Shown here: piece after piece, positions 19,365-30,302 of the stretch
Layout of the letters: every line of letters begins with the position of its first letter
Numbering within the stretch: position 1 is the first letter of the stretch
From: an uncultured Chromatiales bacterium
Lineage (GTDB): Bacteria; Pseudomonadota; Gammaproteobacteria; DATFLL01
Assembly (NCBI GenBank): GCA_964561765.1
Contig: CAZLQI010000009.1
Coordinates: 37,266 to 101,265 of the forward strand
Reading direction: 5' to 3'
DNA: 64,000 nucleotides
Translations under genes and position numbers: made by a program
The notes under the pieces: model-generated
The model's input: the letters and a program-made list of their open reading frames with translations, nothing else
What the model was told of the DNA's origin: nothing
Databases searched by the model: none

Positions 19365-21281
19365 ATGGCATTATTGAGTCTGGACAATGTTTCCCTGGCC
19401 TTTGGCCATCATCCGTTGCTGGATGCTGTGGCGCTGAGCATCGAATCGGGTGAACGGGTATGCATCATCGGCCGCAATGGGGCCGGAAAGTCCTCGCTGC
19501 TACGTATCCTGGCCGGTGAACTTGCGCCAGATGATGGCCAGGTCTGGCGTCAATCCGGGTTGCGCGTGGCAACATTGGCCCAGGAGTTACCTGCCGATGA
19601 ACGGCGTACGGTGTTCGAGGTTATCGCCGATGGGTTGGGTGAGGTGGGCAGACTGATCGCGGACTACCATGCCTGCGTCGCCACACTGGCGAGTGACGCG
19701 GGGGGGTTGGTGAAGCTGGAGCGCTTGCAGCATGCCCTGGAGGCCGCCGACGGCTGGTGTCTGGAGCAGCGCGTGGAGGCGGTCATGACCAAACTGGGCC
19801 TACCGGCAGACGCGACCCTGGACAGTCTTTCGGGCGGTTGGCAGCGCCGGGTTCTGCTCGGTCAGGCTCTGGTGCGTGAGCCGGACCTGCTCTTGCTCGA
19901 TGAACCGACCAATCATCTCGACATCGACAGTATCACCTGGCTGGAGCGTTTTCTCGTCGACTTCCGGGGTGCCGTGGTCTTCATCACCCATGACCGCACT
20001 TTTTTGCGCCGCCTGGCAACCCGCCTGGTCGAGCTCGATCGCGGTTGGCTGACCTCCTGGCCGGGCGACTACGACAATTACCTGCGCCGACGCGAGGAAC
20101 GCCTCTCGGCCGAGGCGGTGGAAAATGCCCGTTTTGACAAGAAACTGGCCACGGAAGAGGTCTGGATTCGCCAGGGCATCAAGGCACGGCGTACCCGCAA
20201 TGAAGGTCGGGTGCGAGCGCTGGCAGACCTGCGCGCGGAGCAGGCGCAGCGCCGGGCCCTGATGGGCAAGGTACGCATGAAGCTGGAAGACGGCAAGGGC
20301 AGCGGTAAGCTCGTGCTGGAGGCTGAACACATTAGCAAGGCCTGGGCAGCGGGTGTCGTTGTGGAGGATTTTTCCTTCACCCTGATGCGCGGTGACCGGG
20401 TCGGTCTGATTGGCCCCAATGGCAGCGGCAAGAGCACATTGCTCAAACTGCTGCTCGGCGAGCTCGCGCCTGACAGTGGCACGCTTCGCCACGGCACGCG
20501 CCTGGCGGTGGCCTATTTTGATCAGATCCGCACCCAGCTCAATCTGGAACAGCGTGTGGTCGATGCCGTTGCTGATGGTCAGACGACGATCACGATCAAT
20601 GACCGCAGTCGCCATGTTATGAGCTATTTACAGGACTTTCTGTTCTCGCCAGAGCGTGCCCGTACTCCGGTGAAGGCACTTTCGGGCGGTGAGCGCAACC
20701 GCCTGCTGCTCGCGCGATTGTTCACCCAGCCCGCCAATCTGCTGGTCATGGACGAGCCGACCAACGACCTGGATATGGAGACTCTGGAGCTGCTCGAAGA
20801 ACTCCTGGCTGACTACCAGGGTACGCTGCTGCTGGTCAGCCATGACCGTGCCTTCATGGACAACGTCGTCACCAGTACCCTGATCTTCGAGGGAGAGGGC
20901 CGGATTCAGGAATACGTCGGTGGTTACCATGATTGGTTACGCCAGCGCGGCACTGCTGCGCCCACCAACACCCCGACCGCTACGCCGTCCGCCGCCGGGA
21001 CCGCTGACACCAATAACGCTGTGGCACCGGCCAAAGTCCGTCCCGCCCGGAAACTCAGTTATAAGGAACAGCGCGAGCTCGACGCTCTACCGGGCCGCAT
21101 CGAGGTGCTGGACGCGGAACAGGCCAGCCTGCAGAGCCGCACCGCCGATCCGGCCTTCTACCAGCAAGGTGATGACAAGGTGATGACCGAGACCGTGGCG
21201 CGTCTACAGGCGATCGAGATCGAATTGGCAGAGGTCTATAGCCGCTGGGAGATATTGGAGGAAAAGTGCACCGACCGCTGA
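19365..21281 (+). CDS. uup: ABC-F family ATPase Uup
   Basis: Two ABC domains (GRNGAGKS, GPNGSGKS), 'EEVWIRQGIKARRTRNEGRVRAL', C-terminal 'KLSYKEQREL'. Confidence 0.95.
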   Translation: MALLSLDNVSLAFGHHPLLDAVALSIESGERVCIIGRNGAGKSSLLRILAGELAPDDGQVWRQSGLRVATLAQELPADERRTVFEVIADGLGEVGRLIADYHACVATLASDAGGLVKLERLQHALEAADGWCLEQRVEAVMTKLGLPADATLDSLSGGWQRRVLLGQALVREPDLLLLDEPTNHLDIDSITWLERFLVDFRGAVVFITHDRTFLRRLATRLVELDRGWLTSWPGDYDNYLRRREERLSAEAVENARFDKKLATEEVWIRQGIKARRTRNEGRVRALADLRAEQAQRRALMGKVRMKLEDGKGSGKLVLEAEHISKAWAAGVVVEDFSFTLMRGDRVGLIGPNGSGKSTLLKLLLGELAPDSGTLRHGTRLAVAYFDQIRTQLNLEQRVVDAVADGQTTITINDRSRHVMSYLQDFLFSPERARTPVKALSGGERNRLLLARLFTQPANLLVMDEPTNDLDMETLELLEELLADYQGTLLLVSHDRAFMDNVVTSTLIFEGEGRIQEYVGGYHDWLRQRGTAAPTNTPTATPSAAGTADTNNAVAPAKVRPARKLSYKEQRELDALPGRIEVLDAEQASLQSRTADPAFYQQGDDKVMTETVARLQAIEIELAEVYSRWEILEEKCTDR

Positions 21282-21319
21282 GCCGGACGAATGCCATCGG
21301 GTGTCCTGAGCACACGGAC

Positions 21320-22192
21320 TCAATGCCAGTCGAGGACGATGCCGTGGGCCGTGAGTGTGCGCAAGGTCGAGGCGAGGTTTTCGTCGACGAAGCGGATGCG
21401 GTGTGGATTGGTGCGGGCGAGGCGTTCCCAATCGGTATGTGGTGACAGTCCAGCGAGGTCGTAGACGCTGGAAGTGGGGAAGTACAGAGCGTGTACAAAC
21501 TGACGAAATAGTCTTTTAATTAATGGCTTGAGAAAGAATAAGCGCCAGCGAGGCATGACCGCGAAGCGTGCCGCGAGGGTATCCAGCGCGTGGGCAATGT
21601 GGCGTGCCTCATCAATAATATGCACCCTGGTGACATCATAGATGGCCGCGTTGACCGTATCGCAGTGCGTGCGGATAAAGCGATTGAGCCGATCCGGCAC
21701 CTCCTCGCCAATGAGCATCGCGATCCAGAAGGCGGTGGAATCAAAGGGTGCGAAACGTCCCACCAGATTCGCCGCCCGCATCTGGTAAAAGCGCGTCTGT
21801 GGCCGGGGTAGTCCGCTGCGACGCATCACCTCCAGAAACATCAGGCTGTGACCTGCCTCCTCGCGCAACTCATGCAGATGATAAATGAGGCGACCGAGAT
21901 GGGCATCGGTGTGCTGCAGGGTGCGACTGATGCGCTCCATGAAAATGCCCTCCAGCCACAGTCCTGCCTCAAGCACATGGAGCAACTCGAACTGTGACAG
22001 GGTGATGCGCTGCTCCTCGGTCAGGGTGTCATAGACTGGCAGACCATAGAGTGACAGTGCCTCCTCAGGCAGCCAGAACGACGCCGTATCCAGCGCGTCC
22101 CAATCCACGCGCACCAGCGCATCCCTATACGGTGTGCTGTTGCGGCTGAGCTGCTCGTGGAGTTCACCCGAGTTGGGTTGGGGTATACGCAT
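21320..22192 (-). CDS. AurF-family diiron oxygenase (ferritin-like)
   Basis: 'GLWLE', 'HELREEAGHSLMF', 'IGEEVPD', 'HIIDEARHI' metal-ligand motifs; start placed at MRIPQP. Confidence 0.8.
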   Translation of the reverse strand: MRIPQPNSGELHEQLSRNSTPYRDALVRVDWDALDTASFWLPEEALSLYGLPVYDTLTEEQRITLSQFELLHVLEAGLWLEGIFMERISRTLQHTDAHLGRLIYHLHELREEAGHSLMFLEVMRRSGLPRPQTRFYQMRAANLVGRFAPFDSTAFWIAMLIGEEVPDRLNRFIRTHCDTVNAAIYDVTRVHIIDEARHIAHALDTLAARFAVMPRWRLFFLKPLIKRLFRQFVHALYFPTSSVYDLAGLSPHTDWERLARTNPHRIRFVDENLASTLRTLTAHGIVLDWH

Positions 22193-22442
22193 GATCCGAA
22201 AATCCAGGCCTTGGGTGCAAGTATTTCTGATGCCCTCGCGGGGCGTAAATATTACGTCAAACGCCCCCGGAATGCACCCGAACCCTGCCACGTATAGCAC
22301 GAGGCCAGGCCTCGATAAGACCCCCATGCGACCGGATGTACATTGCAAGTCACATCCATCTGGTTTAATCTTGCCCGCTGTCCGGCGCGGGGCCTTCACA
22401 AGTCGATAGCATGAAGTAATAGGCGTGCCTGGTACAGAATCC

Positions 22443-22535
<93 letters not shown>

Positions 22536-22803
22536 TACGCAGTAGTACGAAATGCTTCGCTGTGACCCTCAGAAACCGACACGAACCCCATTGGATTGTC
22601 AGGCAACCTGTTGGCTATTCAGAGTCCATTTCAATTCCGCCGTCTTTGTGGCGAACGGGGTAGGACATGAACGTCGATTCCCGGTCAATGTTCAAGGGCG
22701 TGCTCCAGAGCGCCCTGAGCATCTGACATGCAGGCGAGAGAGTAAGTTGGCGCAGCGGGTGTATTTCAACCTGACGTCGAGCAGACGCCACCTTACTATT
22801 CTC

Positions 22804-23571
22804 TTACTTTTTCGCGGTATCTGTAGATACCGACTCCAGCAGTGGTCTGATCAGGTCGATAGGCAGCGGGAACAGGATGGTGTTGGACTTTCCGGGTGCG
22901 GCGACTTCGGTTAGCGTCTGCAGATAGCGCAACTGAATGGCTTGTGGTTGCGTAGCCAGGCGATTGGCAGCCTGGGTGAGTTTTTCCGAGGCTTGCAGTT
23001 CGCCTTCGGCGTTGATTACCTTGGCGCGACGCGCGCGTTCGGCCTCGGCTTGGCGCGCGATGGCACGCACCATGTTTTCATCCAGTTCGATTTGTTTGAT
23101 CTCGACATTGGTGACCTTGATGCCCCAGGCGTCGGTCTGGTCGTCGAGGATGGCCTGAATGGCGGTATTGAGTTTTTCGCGTTCGGCAAGCATGTCGTCG
23201 AGTTCGTGTTGCCCCAGTACCGAACGCAGCGTGGTCTGTGCCAACTGACTGGTCGCATCGAACGGATCGGCGACCTGGATGATGGCGCGTTCCGGGTCCA
23301 CGATACGGAAATAGATGACGGCGTTTACCTTGGCCGATACGTTGTCGCGCGAGATTACGTCCTGCGGCGGTACGTCCATGACGATCACGCGTAGATCGAC
23401 CCGTGTCATCTGTTGAATGCCAGGGATCACGATGATCATTCCCGGCCCCTTCACGGCCTGAAATTTGCCGAGCAGGAAGATCACACCACGTTCGTATTCC
23501 TTGAGTATCCTCATCGAGCTGAACGCGATCAGGATGATGAGGCCAATGATAACGAGAATAGGGGTCAGCAT
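22804..23571 (-). CDS. SPFH/stomatin-like (slipin) protein
   Basis: '[11 protein letters not shown]', 'QDVISRDNV', 'QTTLRSVLG', '[18 protein letters not shown]'. Confidence 0.95.
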   Translation of the reverse strand: MLTPILVIIGLIILIAFSSMRILKEYERGVIFLLGKFQAVKGPGMIIVIPGIQQMTRVDLRVIVMDVPPQDVISRDNVSAKVNAVIYFRIVDPERAIIQVADPFDATSQLAQTTLRSVLGQHELDDMLAEREKLNTAIQAILDDQTDAWGIKVTNVEIKQIELDENMVRAIARQAEAERARRAKVINAEGELQASEKLTQAANRLATQPQAIQLRYLQTLTEVAAPGKSNTILFPLPIDLIRPLLESVSTDTAKK

Positions 23572-23616
23572 GATTCAATCCTCCAGTGCTTGTTTTGTCA
23601 CTATTGCGTGTGGCGC

Positions 23617-24945
23617 TCAGGTGGAGTGGGTTCGTTGCGTGGAAGCCTGCGGCGAAACGGACAACACCAAGCCGTCGATGGCGTTGACGATAACACGTTC
23701 GCCACGTTTGAGGGGGTTCGAAGTCACCGCCGCCCAGCGTTCGCCCTCGATATGGACGTAGCCCCTGGAGTCGAAATCCGACAGCGCTGTGGCAACGTGC
23801 CCGATCATGTGCTCCACTCCACTCACCACTGGCCTTCGTCTCATTTTTACGACGAGGTAAAGCACTCCCATGATGATTGCCCCGGCCGCAGCGGCGAGGC
23901 TGGTGATGTAGATGCGCGGCAGGCTGTAGCCGGGGGCATGGGTGTCGATCAGCATGATCGAGCCGACAACGAAGGCGACAATGCCGCCGATGGCGAGCGT
24001 GCCGTAACTGGTTACAAAGGCTTCGGTCACAAACAGGATGACGCCAAGCACAATCAATGCCAGTCCCGCGTAGTTGACGGGCAGGGCATGGAAGGCGAAC
24101 AGTGCCAGGATGAGACTGATGGCGCCCACCGTGCCAGGCAGTATCACACCGGGATGCAGGCCTTCCATGATCAGGCCGAAGAGGCCGATCAGGAATAACA
24201 GGTAAGCCACCGTCGGGTTGGTGATGACGGTCAGCAATCGTTCACGCCAGTCCTGATGCTGGATTTTCACAGTGACGTTGTCGGTGTGCAGGGTAACTGT
24301 GCCTTTTGCGGTGGGCACGGTCACGCCGTTTATGGTGGCCAGCAGTGCCTGCGTGTTGGGTGCGATGCGATTGATAACCTGTTTGGCGAGAGCGGTTCTC
24401 GCAGTGATGCTGTCCCCATTGCGAACCGCCTGCTCGGCCCAGACTGCATTGCGCCCGCGCAATTGCGCCAGACTCGTGATGTAGGCTACGGCATCGTTCA
24501 GTATTTTTTTCTGTTCTGCCGTTTTTGGTTTGGCCGGCGTGTTGCTGCCGCCAGTCGGATTGAGCGCCACCGGCGTGGCGGCACCCACATTGGTGCCGGG
24601 CGCCATCGCTGCGTAGCCGCAGGCATAGAGGATGTAGGTGCCGGCACTGGCTGCCCGCGAACCCTCGGGTCCGACCCAGCAAATCACTGGTATGGGCGAG
24701 GCGAGAATGTCTTTGATGATGTTGCGCATGGAAACGGATAGACCGCCCGGTGTGTCGAGTCGTATAAGGACAAAAGGCGCCGCGCTACGCTGCGCCTGGC
24801 CGAGCGTGCGATGCACATAGCCGGCCATGGGCGGACCAATTGGCCCCACGATTGCGATTTCGGGCACTACCGTACCTGCAACCACCGGTGCGATGGAGAA
24901 GAGCAGGGCGAAAACGACTAAGGCACACCGTGCAAGCGCGCTCAT
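23617..24945 (-). CDS. nfeD: Long-form NfeD membrane-bound ClpP-class serine protease
   Basis: 'LDTPGG', 'AASAG', 'AMAPGTNVGAATPV', TM region, C-terminal OB domain 'GYVHIEGERW'; operon with slipin. Confidence 0.93.
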   Translation of the reverse strand: MSALARCALVVFALLFSIAPVVAGTVVPEIAIVGPIGPPMAGYVHRTLGQAQRSAAPFVLIRLDTPGGLSVSMRNIIKDILASPIPVICWVGPEGSRAASAGTYILYACGYAAMAPGTNVGAATPVALNPTGGSNTPAKPKTAEQKKILNDAVAYITSLAQLRGRNAVWAEQAVRNGDSITARTALAKQVINRIAPNTQALLATINGVTVPTAKGTVTLHTDNVTVKIQHQDWRERLLTVITNPTVAYLLFLIGLFGLIMEGLHPGVILPGTVGAISLILALFAFHALPVNYAGLALIVLGVILFVTEAFVTSYGTLAIGGIVAFVVGSIMLIDTHAPGYSLPRIYITSLAAAAGAIIMGVLYLVVKMRRRPVVSGVEHMIGHVATALSDFDSRGYVHIEGERWAAVTSNPLKRGERVIVNAIDGLVLSVSPQASTQRTHST

Positions 24946-25126
24946 TGGACTGGATCGATGGCAGCCATAGGTTGCATCAGAGCAGAACCAAAGCCGGAAC
25001 ACAAGCCGTGCAAGTCGGCGCCACTCTCATCCCAACAGCAAACAATCAAGCGGGTGCGGTACACTGCAATGGCACAGCACGTATCGTCGGCGATGCCCTA
25101 AACAGAAGAGGGACAAAACGAGGGCC

Positions 25127-25429
25127 ATGGCAATGAAACATCGCAAACTGGAACACCTGCAAATCACCTGCGGCGATGAAAATTTCGATTACCGGCGGGC
25201 GCGACAATTGGCCGAGGAACTGGCCGCCGGGCAGCTCGGTGATGCCCTGCTGGTCGCCTGGTTCGATGGCCAGAAAAACGAGGAGCACCCCCAGGTGCCG
25301 GAGTGTCAGCACAAGCCGGGTTGGCTGGCCTATGCTCATGGCCATGGTGGCCGGTTGTGTATCGATGTCAACGGCGGTGAATTTAGCTTTGTTTATGCCG
25401 ATGCGGGTAACCTGGAGGGCAATGCCTGA
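25127..25429 (+). CDS. AF1514-family (DUF5619-like) small protein
   Basis: 'LLVAWFD....EHPQVPECQHKPGWLAYA..HGG.L.IDVN.GEFSFVY' resembles Archaeoglobus AF1514. Confidence 0.7.
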   Translation: MAMKHRKLEHLQITCGDENFDYRRARQLAEELAAGQLGDALLVAWFDGQKNEEHPQVPECQHKPGWLAYAHGHGGRLCIDVNGGEFSFVYADAGNLEGNA

Positions 25430-25769
25430 CGACAGGAGCCATACCCATGAGAACGACACTGGATACAGCAACACGCAAGCAGGCCTATGCCAGGCTCGCC
25501 AGACACGACGACCCGTAGCACGGCTTTATCATCGTGAGGGCAGATCAGCGGGGACGACTGCGGCTGATGGAACTACTGGTGGCCCTGGCGATCGGGTGCT
25601 GGACGGTGGTGGTGGTGAATGCGACAGCTACCGTTTGCCGATGATGGCTTCGATGTTGCGCTGGCGGGCCAACGGCAGACGGGGTTGAACCTTGAGCCGC
25701 TTTCTTCCCTCTGGTATCCTGCCGACGCGCTTGGGAGTGGATGTGGTGATGCTCCCGGCGCACTGCAAT

Positions 25770-25885
25770 GGTGGCTTGTGTCGGTCCCCCCGCGACGATA
25801 AACCGTGAACCCGGTCAGACCCGGAAGGGAGCAGCCGCAGCGGTGGACTCGGGCGCCGGGGTGTGGCTGGCATGAGTCGCCACCC
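25770..25885 (+). ncRNA. ffs: Signal recognition particle 4.5S RNA
   Basis: Conserved GGTCAGACCCGGAAGGGAGCAGCC core; terminal helix GGTGGCTTGTG/CATGAGTCGCC; located upstream of dnaX. Confidence 0.95.
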
Positions 25886-26058
25886 AATTTGATACTCTAT
25901 CCCTGCCCCTTAGTGCTACAGGCGGTCTTTCGAGCGTGTCCGTCCGAGGTGTGCCACGGCGCACGGATTTGATGATTGATCTCGTCTTTCCGGGTGCGCC
26001 GCGCTCGTCGAGTCGGTAGAATGTGGATCTACGTTCCCAGGCAGATTCTGACAATTTA

Positions 26059-27849
26059 ATGAGCTATCAGGTACTTGCACGCAAGTGGCGTCCGCGCAGC
26101 TTCGCCGAAATGGTTGGCCAGGAGCATGTGCTGCGCGCCCTGATCAATGCCCTGGACAATGACCGCCTGCATCATGCCTTTTTGTTTACCGGCACCCGTG
26201 GTGTCGGCAAGACCAGCATCGCCCGGATTCTGGCCAAGTCACTGAATTGTGAGCAGGGTGTCAGCTCGCAGCCGTGCGGGGTGTGTTCGGCCTGTCAGGA
26301 GATCGATGAAGGGCGTTTCGTGGATCTCATCGAAGTGGATGCGGCCTCGCGCACCAAGGTCGAGGATACGCGCGAGTTGCTGGACAATGTGCAGTACGCG
26401 CCGACGCGGGGGCGCTACAAGGTGTACCTCATTGATGAGGTACACATGTTGTCGAATCATAGTTTCAATGCCCTGCTCAAGACGTTGGAGGAGCCGCCAC
26501 CGCATGTGAAGTTTCTGTTGGCAACGACAGATCCGCAGAAACTGCCGGTGACGATCCTGTCGCGCTGTCTTCAGTTCAATCTGCGCCGGTTGTCGGCGGA
26601 GCGTATTCGTGACCATCTGGCGGAGGTGTTGGGCAAGGAACAGATCGAGACCGACATGTCGGCACTGGCCTTGTTGGCCCGGGCGGCGGATGGCAGCATG
26701 CGCGACGCTTTGAGCCTGCTTGATCAGGCCATCGCCTTCGGTGGTGGTCGGGTAGGTGAGACGGATGTGGGGGCAATGCTGGGCACGCTGGACCAGACTC
26801 AGGTCTATGCCTTGCTGGAGGCGCTGGGTCGACAGGACGGGGTCGGGGTGATGGCGCAGGTGGCGGCGTTGGCCGAGCAGGCGCCGGACTTTGGTGCGGT
26901 GCTGGCCGATCTGCTTTCGGTGTTGCATCGGTTGGCGCTGTTGCAGGTCTGCCCGGGGGCCTATACGGAGGACATGGGGGAGCGGGGCGTGCTGGAGGCA
27001 TTGGCGAACACCCTGTCGCCGGAGGATGTGCAGCTTTTCTATCAGATCGGTGTGATGGGACAGCGCGATCTGCCATTGGCTCCGGAGCCGCGTGTTGGTC
27101 TGGAGATGACGGTCTTGCGGATGCTGGCCTTTCGCCCCGTCGATGATGTGACGGCAAGTCCAGGCACCGCGACAGGTCCAGCCCGGTCTCAGGGGGTGGT
27201 TGACACACAGGGGCAGGCCGGATCATCAGCGCATGAGGGGAACAACGCATCGGCTGATGCCCGGTCCGGTGCCCCCGCATCGCCATCATCGATATCGGGG
27301 ACCACGCAGTCCCACGCGACGAACACGGCCCCGGTGGGCGTCGCTGAGGCGCCACCCGCACAGCCTGCTCAGGTTGGCCCATCCCCCCCCGCAGTGAGCG
27401 CGGCTGCGCCCACGATGACCCCGTCTGCCGGGGAGGCGAACCCCGACAAGAAAGAGGTAGCGTTCGGGTCTGCCGATGAGTGGCATGCTGCGGTGGCGTC
27501 GTTGCGGCTCACTGGTGTGCTGCGCCAGATTGCATTGAATACGGCCTTCGTGCGCAAGGAGGGGGTCGTCTGGTATCTTGCGCTGGACCCCTCTTGCGCA
27601 CAGTTGATGACTCCGCGTCATCAGGCCCGGTTGGAAGCGGCGTTGGGCGCGCACTGCGGCGAGAAAGTGCGGCTGAATATCTCAACCGAGGCGCCCTCAG
27701 CAGAGACACCCGCGGCGCGCAGTGAACGTGAGCGCGGTGAGCGCCAGGTCAAAGCGGTCGAGGCCATTGAGCATGATGCGAATGTGCAGACCATCATGGA
27801 TACGTTCAATGCACATATTTTACCGGACTCGATCCGACCGCGTGACTGA
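26059..27849 (+). CDS. dnaX: DNA polymerase III subunit gamma/tau
   Basis: 'MSYQVLARKWRP', 'GTRGVGKT', 'DEVHML', 'SRC', Pro/Ala linker, C-terminal tau domain. Confidence 0.98.
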   Translation: MSYQVLARKWRPRSFAEMVGQEHVLRALINALDNDRLHHAFLFTGTRGVGKTSIARILAKSLNCEQGVSSQPCGVCSACQEIDEGRFVDLIEVDAASRTKVEDTRELLDNVQYAPTRGRYKVYLIDEVHMLSNHSFNALLKTLEEPPPHVKFLLATTDPQKLPVTILSRCLQFNLRRLSAERIRDHLAEVLGKEQIETDMSALALLARAADGSMRDALSLLDQAIAFGGGRVGETDVGAMLGTLDQTQVYALLEALGRQDGVGVMAQVAALAEQAPDFGAVLADLLSVLHRLALLQVCPGAYTEDMGERGVLEALANTLSPEDVQLFYQIGVMGQRDLPLAPEPRVGLEMTVLRMLAFRPVDDVTASPGTATGPARSQGVVDTQGQAGSSAHEGNNASADARSGAPASPSSISGTTQSHATNTAPVGVAEAPPAQPAQVGPSPPAVSAAAPTMTPSAGEANPDKKEVAFGSADEWHAAVASLRLTGVLRQIALNTAFVRKEGVVWYLALDPSCAQLMTPRHQARLEAALGAHCGEKVRLNISTEAPSAETPAARSERERGERQVKAVEAIEHDANVQTIMDTFNAHILPDSIRPRD

Positions 27850-27906
27850 GCCGAGACAGAGTCGGGTGGTGCATGTGTTTCATACTGAGCAAGAGGTGAA
27901 GGTACT

Positions 27907-28230
27907 ATGAAAGGCGGAATCGGCAATCTGATGAAGCAGGCCCAGCAGATGCAGGCCAACATGCAAAAGGCGCAGGAGGAACTGGCGAACATGGAAGTGA
28001 CTGGGCACTCAGGCGGTGGCATGGTCAGCGTGGTGATGACCGGCAAGCACGATGTGAAACGTGTCAGTATCGACGACAGTCTGGTGGGGGACGACAAGGA
28101 AATGCTTGAAGACCTGGTGGCCGCGGCAGTCAATGATGCCGTGCGCCAGATCGAGAAGGTCACTGAGGAAAAATTCTCTGGCATGACCGGCGGGATGGGG
28201 CTGCCCGGCGGTTTCAAGCTGCCGTTCTGA
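27907..28230 (+). CDS. ybaB: Nucleoid-associated protein YbaB/EbfC
   Basis: 'MKQAQQMQ...GGGMVSV...[12 protein letters not shown]'. Confidence 0.97.
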   Translation: MKGGIGNLMKQAQQMQANMQKAQEELANMEVTGHSGGGMVSVVMTGKHDVKRVSIDDSLVGDDKEMLEDLVAAAVNDAVRQIEKVTEEKFSGMTGGMGLPGGFKLPF

Positions 28231-28236
28231 GCCCGC

Positions 28237-28833
28237 GTGTCTGCGAGTCCCCTGATTACCCGCCTGGTGGTGGCGCTGCGTTGTTTGCCCGGCGTCGGGC
28301 CGAAGTCGGCACAGCGCATGGCTTATGCGCTGCTGGAGCGTGACCGCCCCGGCGCGCTGGCACTGGCTGATGCGCTGCGCGAGGCGGTCGAGCGTGTCGG
28401 GCATTGCACATCCTGCCGGACATTCAGCGAGGACGCGGTGTGCGGCCTGTGCAGCAATCCCCGGCGTGACCGTGGCGTGTTGTGTGTCGTGGAATCACCC
28501 GTCGATGTGCAGGCACTGGAGCAGGCCACGGATTTTCGCGGCCTGTACTTCGTACTCATGGGACATCTCTCGCCGCTGGATGGTATCGGTCCAGATGATA
28601 TTGGCTTGGACCTGTTGGCCACACGGTTGGACAGTGGCGAGGTCACGGAGGTGATTCTGGCCACCAATCCCACTGTCGAGGGTGAGGCCACGGCGCACTA
28701 CATTGGGGAGATGGTACGCAAACGCGGCCTGCGGGCGACCCGGATAGCCCATGGTGTGCCCCTTGGCGGTGAGCTGGAGTTCATTGATGGCAGCACCTTG
28801 TCGCATGCCTTCGCCGGGCGCCTGGACATCTAA
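28237..28833 (+). CDS. recR: Recombination mediator RecR
   Basis: '[13 protein letters not shown]', C4 zinc finger, Toprim '[14 protein letters not shown]'. Confidence 0.98.
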   Translation: MSASPLITRLVVALRCLPGVGPKSAQRMAYALLERDRPGALALADALREAVERVGHCTSCRTFSEDAVCGLCSNPRRDRGVLCVVESPVDVQALEQATDFRGLYFVLMGHLSPLDGIGPDDIGLDLLATRLDSGEVTEVILATNPTVEGEATAHYIGEMVRKRGLRATRIAHGVPLGGELEFIDGSTLSHAFAGRLDI

Positions 28834-28865
28834 TTTTTCCCTGTTGTTTAGCGTTACGGGCCGGG

Positions 28866-30302
28866 TTATTTGCGCCGCGGCGAGAGACTGGCGATGGCGG
28901 CGGCAGCCTGTATGCACAGCGACTTGAAGTGCTGATAGCTGCGCATATCGAGTCCGCAGGCGTCGTTGTGACGATCGGCGTAGAACAGCCCGATGGCCTT
29001 ATCGTGTACAAAGATGGACATGGCAAAGAAGGAGTGGGTTCCGATGAGGGTACGAAATTCCTCCGGCACCAATGGCCAGAGGTGGGCGCGATTCTCATCG
29101 TTGAGCCACACGGCCTGTTGGCGTTGCAGCAAGCGCTTGAACAGATTGGCGCCGTCGAGCGGGATTGTCAGGCGATTGAAGTGGGTGTCGTTTTCCGTGC
29201 CGGCCAGCGCACGTACCTGGAGATTTTGTTGATCGGGACTGAGCATGGTGAACACGGCGCGGTTCATGCCGGCACCATCGTGCAGGCCGCGCATGAGTGT
29301 ATCCATCAGGGTCTGTGAAGTCAGTCCGGCGGGTCGACGTAGCCGGGCCATGACTTCGGCCAGGACGGCGGCATTGGGCATGATGCAGATGCCGGCCTCC
29401 TCTGCGACAGCTTCGACCTGGGCAGCCGGAGGCTCTGGCAAGGGCAGGAGGGGCAGCAAGGCGGCAGCAGGCAGAACCCCGTAGATCGATGATTGAGCGG
29501 CACGTACGGCAGTGCGGTGTACACGTGCGTTCATGGCGTCGGGTTTGAGCCCGAGCAGTTCTGCTCCTTGTTCCACCAGGGCGCTGACTTGTGGCCGGTA
29601 CCAACCATGTTCACTGGCCCGTGCCAGTTGTACGGCCAGCATCACGCCCAAGGCACGGGGATGCTGGGCATTTTCCGCCGCCAGACCTTGTTGCACCAAG
29701 GTGGGGAGATGCCATTCCTGGGCCAGGGCCAGAGAGAGCTGGTCAAGGGTGAAACCGAGTACGATGTATTGCGCCTCTTCGTCCGCAATATGTTCATCGC
29801 GGATCATGCGCTCGATGTGTTCGAGTTGTTCGGCACCGAAAATGGACAATACCATGTCACCGATAAAATGCTGTTGTGCGGCGGCGAAGACCTCGTCGGG
29901 TTGCATGTCACGGCGCAACAGCGCCCAGTCGCGTGCCTGAACGGCGGCGTGGTAGGCGCAACTGCAAGTCATGAGCAGGCGGTGGCGGGCGGGGTCGCGT
30001 AATATTTTATCGAGTATCGGCAGGGTCGCGGGCAGTTTGCGCAGTCTTTCGAGTCCGAGTATGAGCAAGGCGGGTTCGACGGCGGTGATCTCGGTGCTGA
30101 GTCGTCCGCGATGCATCGAGTTGGTGATACGCAGGATCTGGGCGGTCAGCCCCGGATCGCGGTGGACAATATCGGCAAATTCACCCAGGGGAATGCGGCC
30201 CTGGTCGATGATCTGTGTCAGCGCACGCACGGTGCGTGCTAGCACCGGGATTGGCCGGTGGCCGATGCGCTTTATCCACTCTGCGATGGGTAGTTGAGGC
30301 AT
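28866..30302 (-). CDS. HDOD domain protein with C-terminal GAF-like domain
   Basis: 'IVHRDPGLTAQILRITNS', 'LAQEWHLP'; C-terminal 'SFFAMSIFVHDKAIGLFYAD'. Confidence 0.88.
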   Translation of the reverse strand: MPQLPIAEWIKRIGHRPIPVLARTVRALTQIIDQGRIPLGEFADIVHRDPGLTAQILRITNSMHRGRLSTEITAVEPALLILGLERLRKLPATLPILDKILRDPARHRLLMTCSCAYHAAVQARDWALLRRDMQPDEVFAAAQQHFIGDMVLSIFGAEQLEHIERMIRDEHIADEEAQYIVLGFTLDQLSLALAQEWHLPTLVQQGLAAENAQHPRALGVMLAVQLARASEHGWYRPQVSALVEQGAELLGLKPDAMNARVHRTAVRAAQSSIYGVLPAAALLPLLPLPEPPAAQVEAVAEEAGICIMPNAAVLAEVMARLRRPAGLTSQTLMDTLMRGLHDGAGMNRAVFTMLSPDQQNLQVRALAGTENDTHFNRLTIPLDGANLFKRLLQRQQAVWLNDENRAHLWPLVPEEFRTLIGTHSFFAMSIFVHDKAIGLFYADRHNDACGLDMRSYQHFKSLCIQAAAAIASLSPRRK

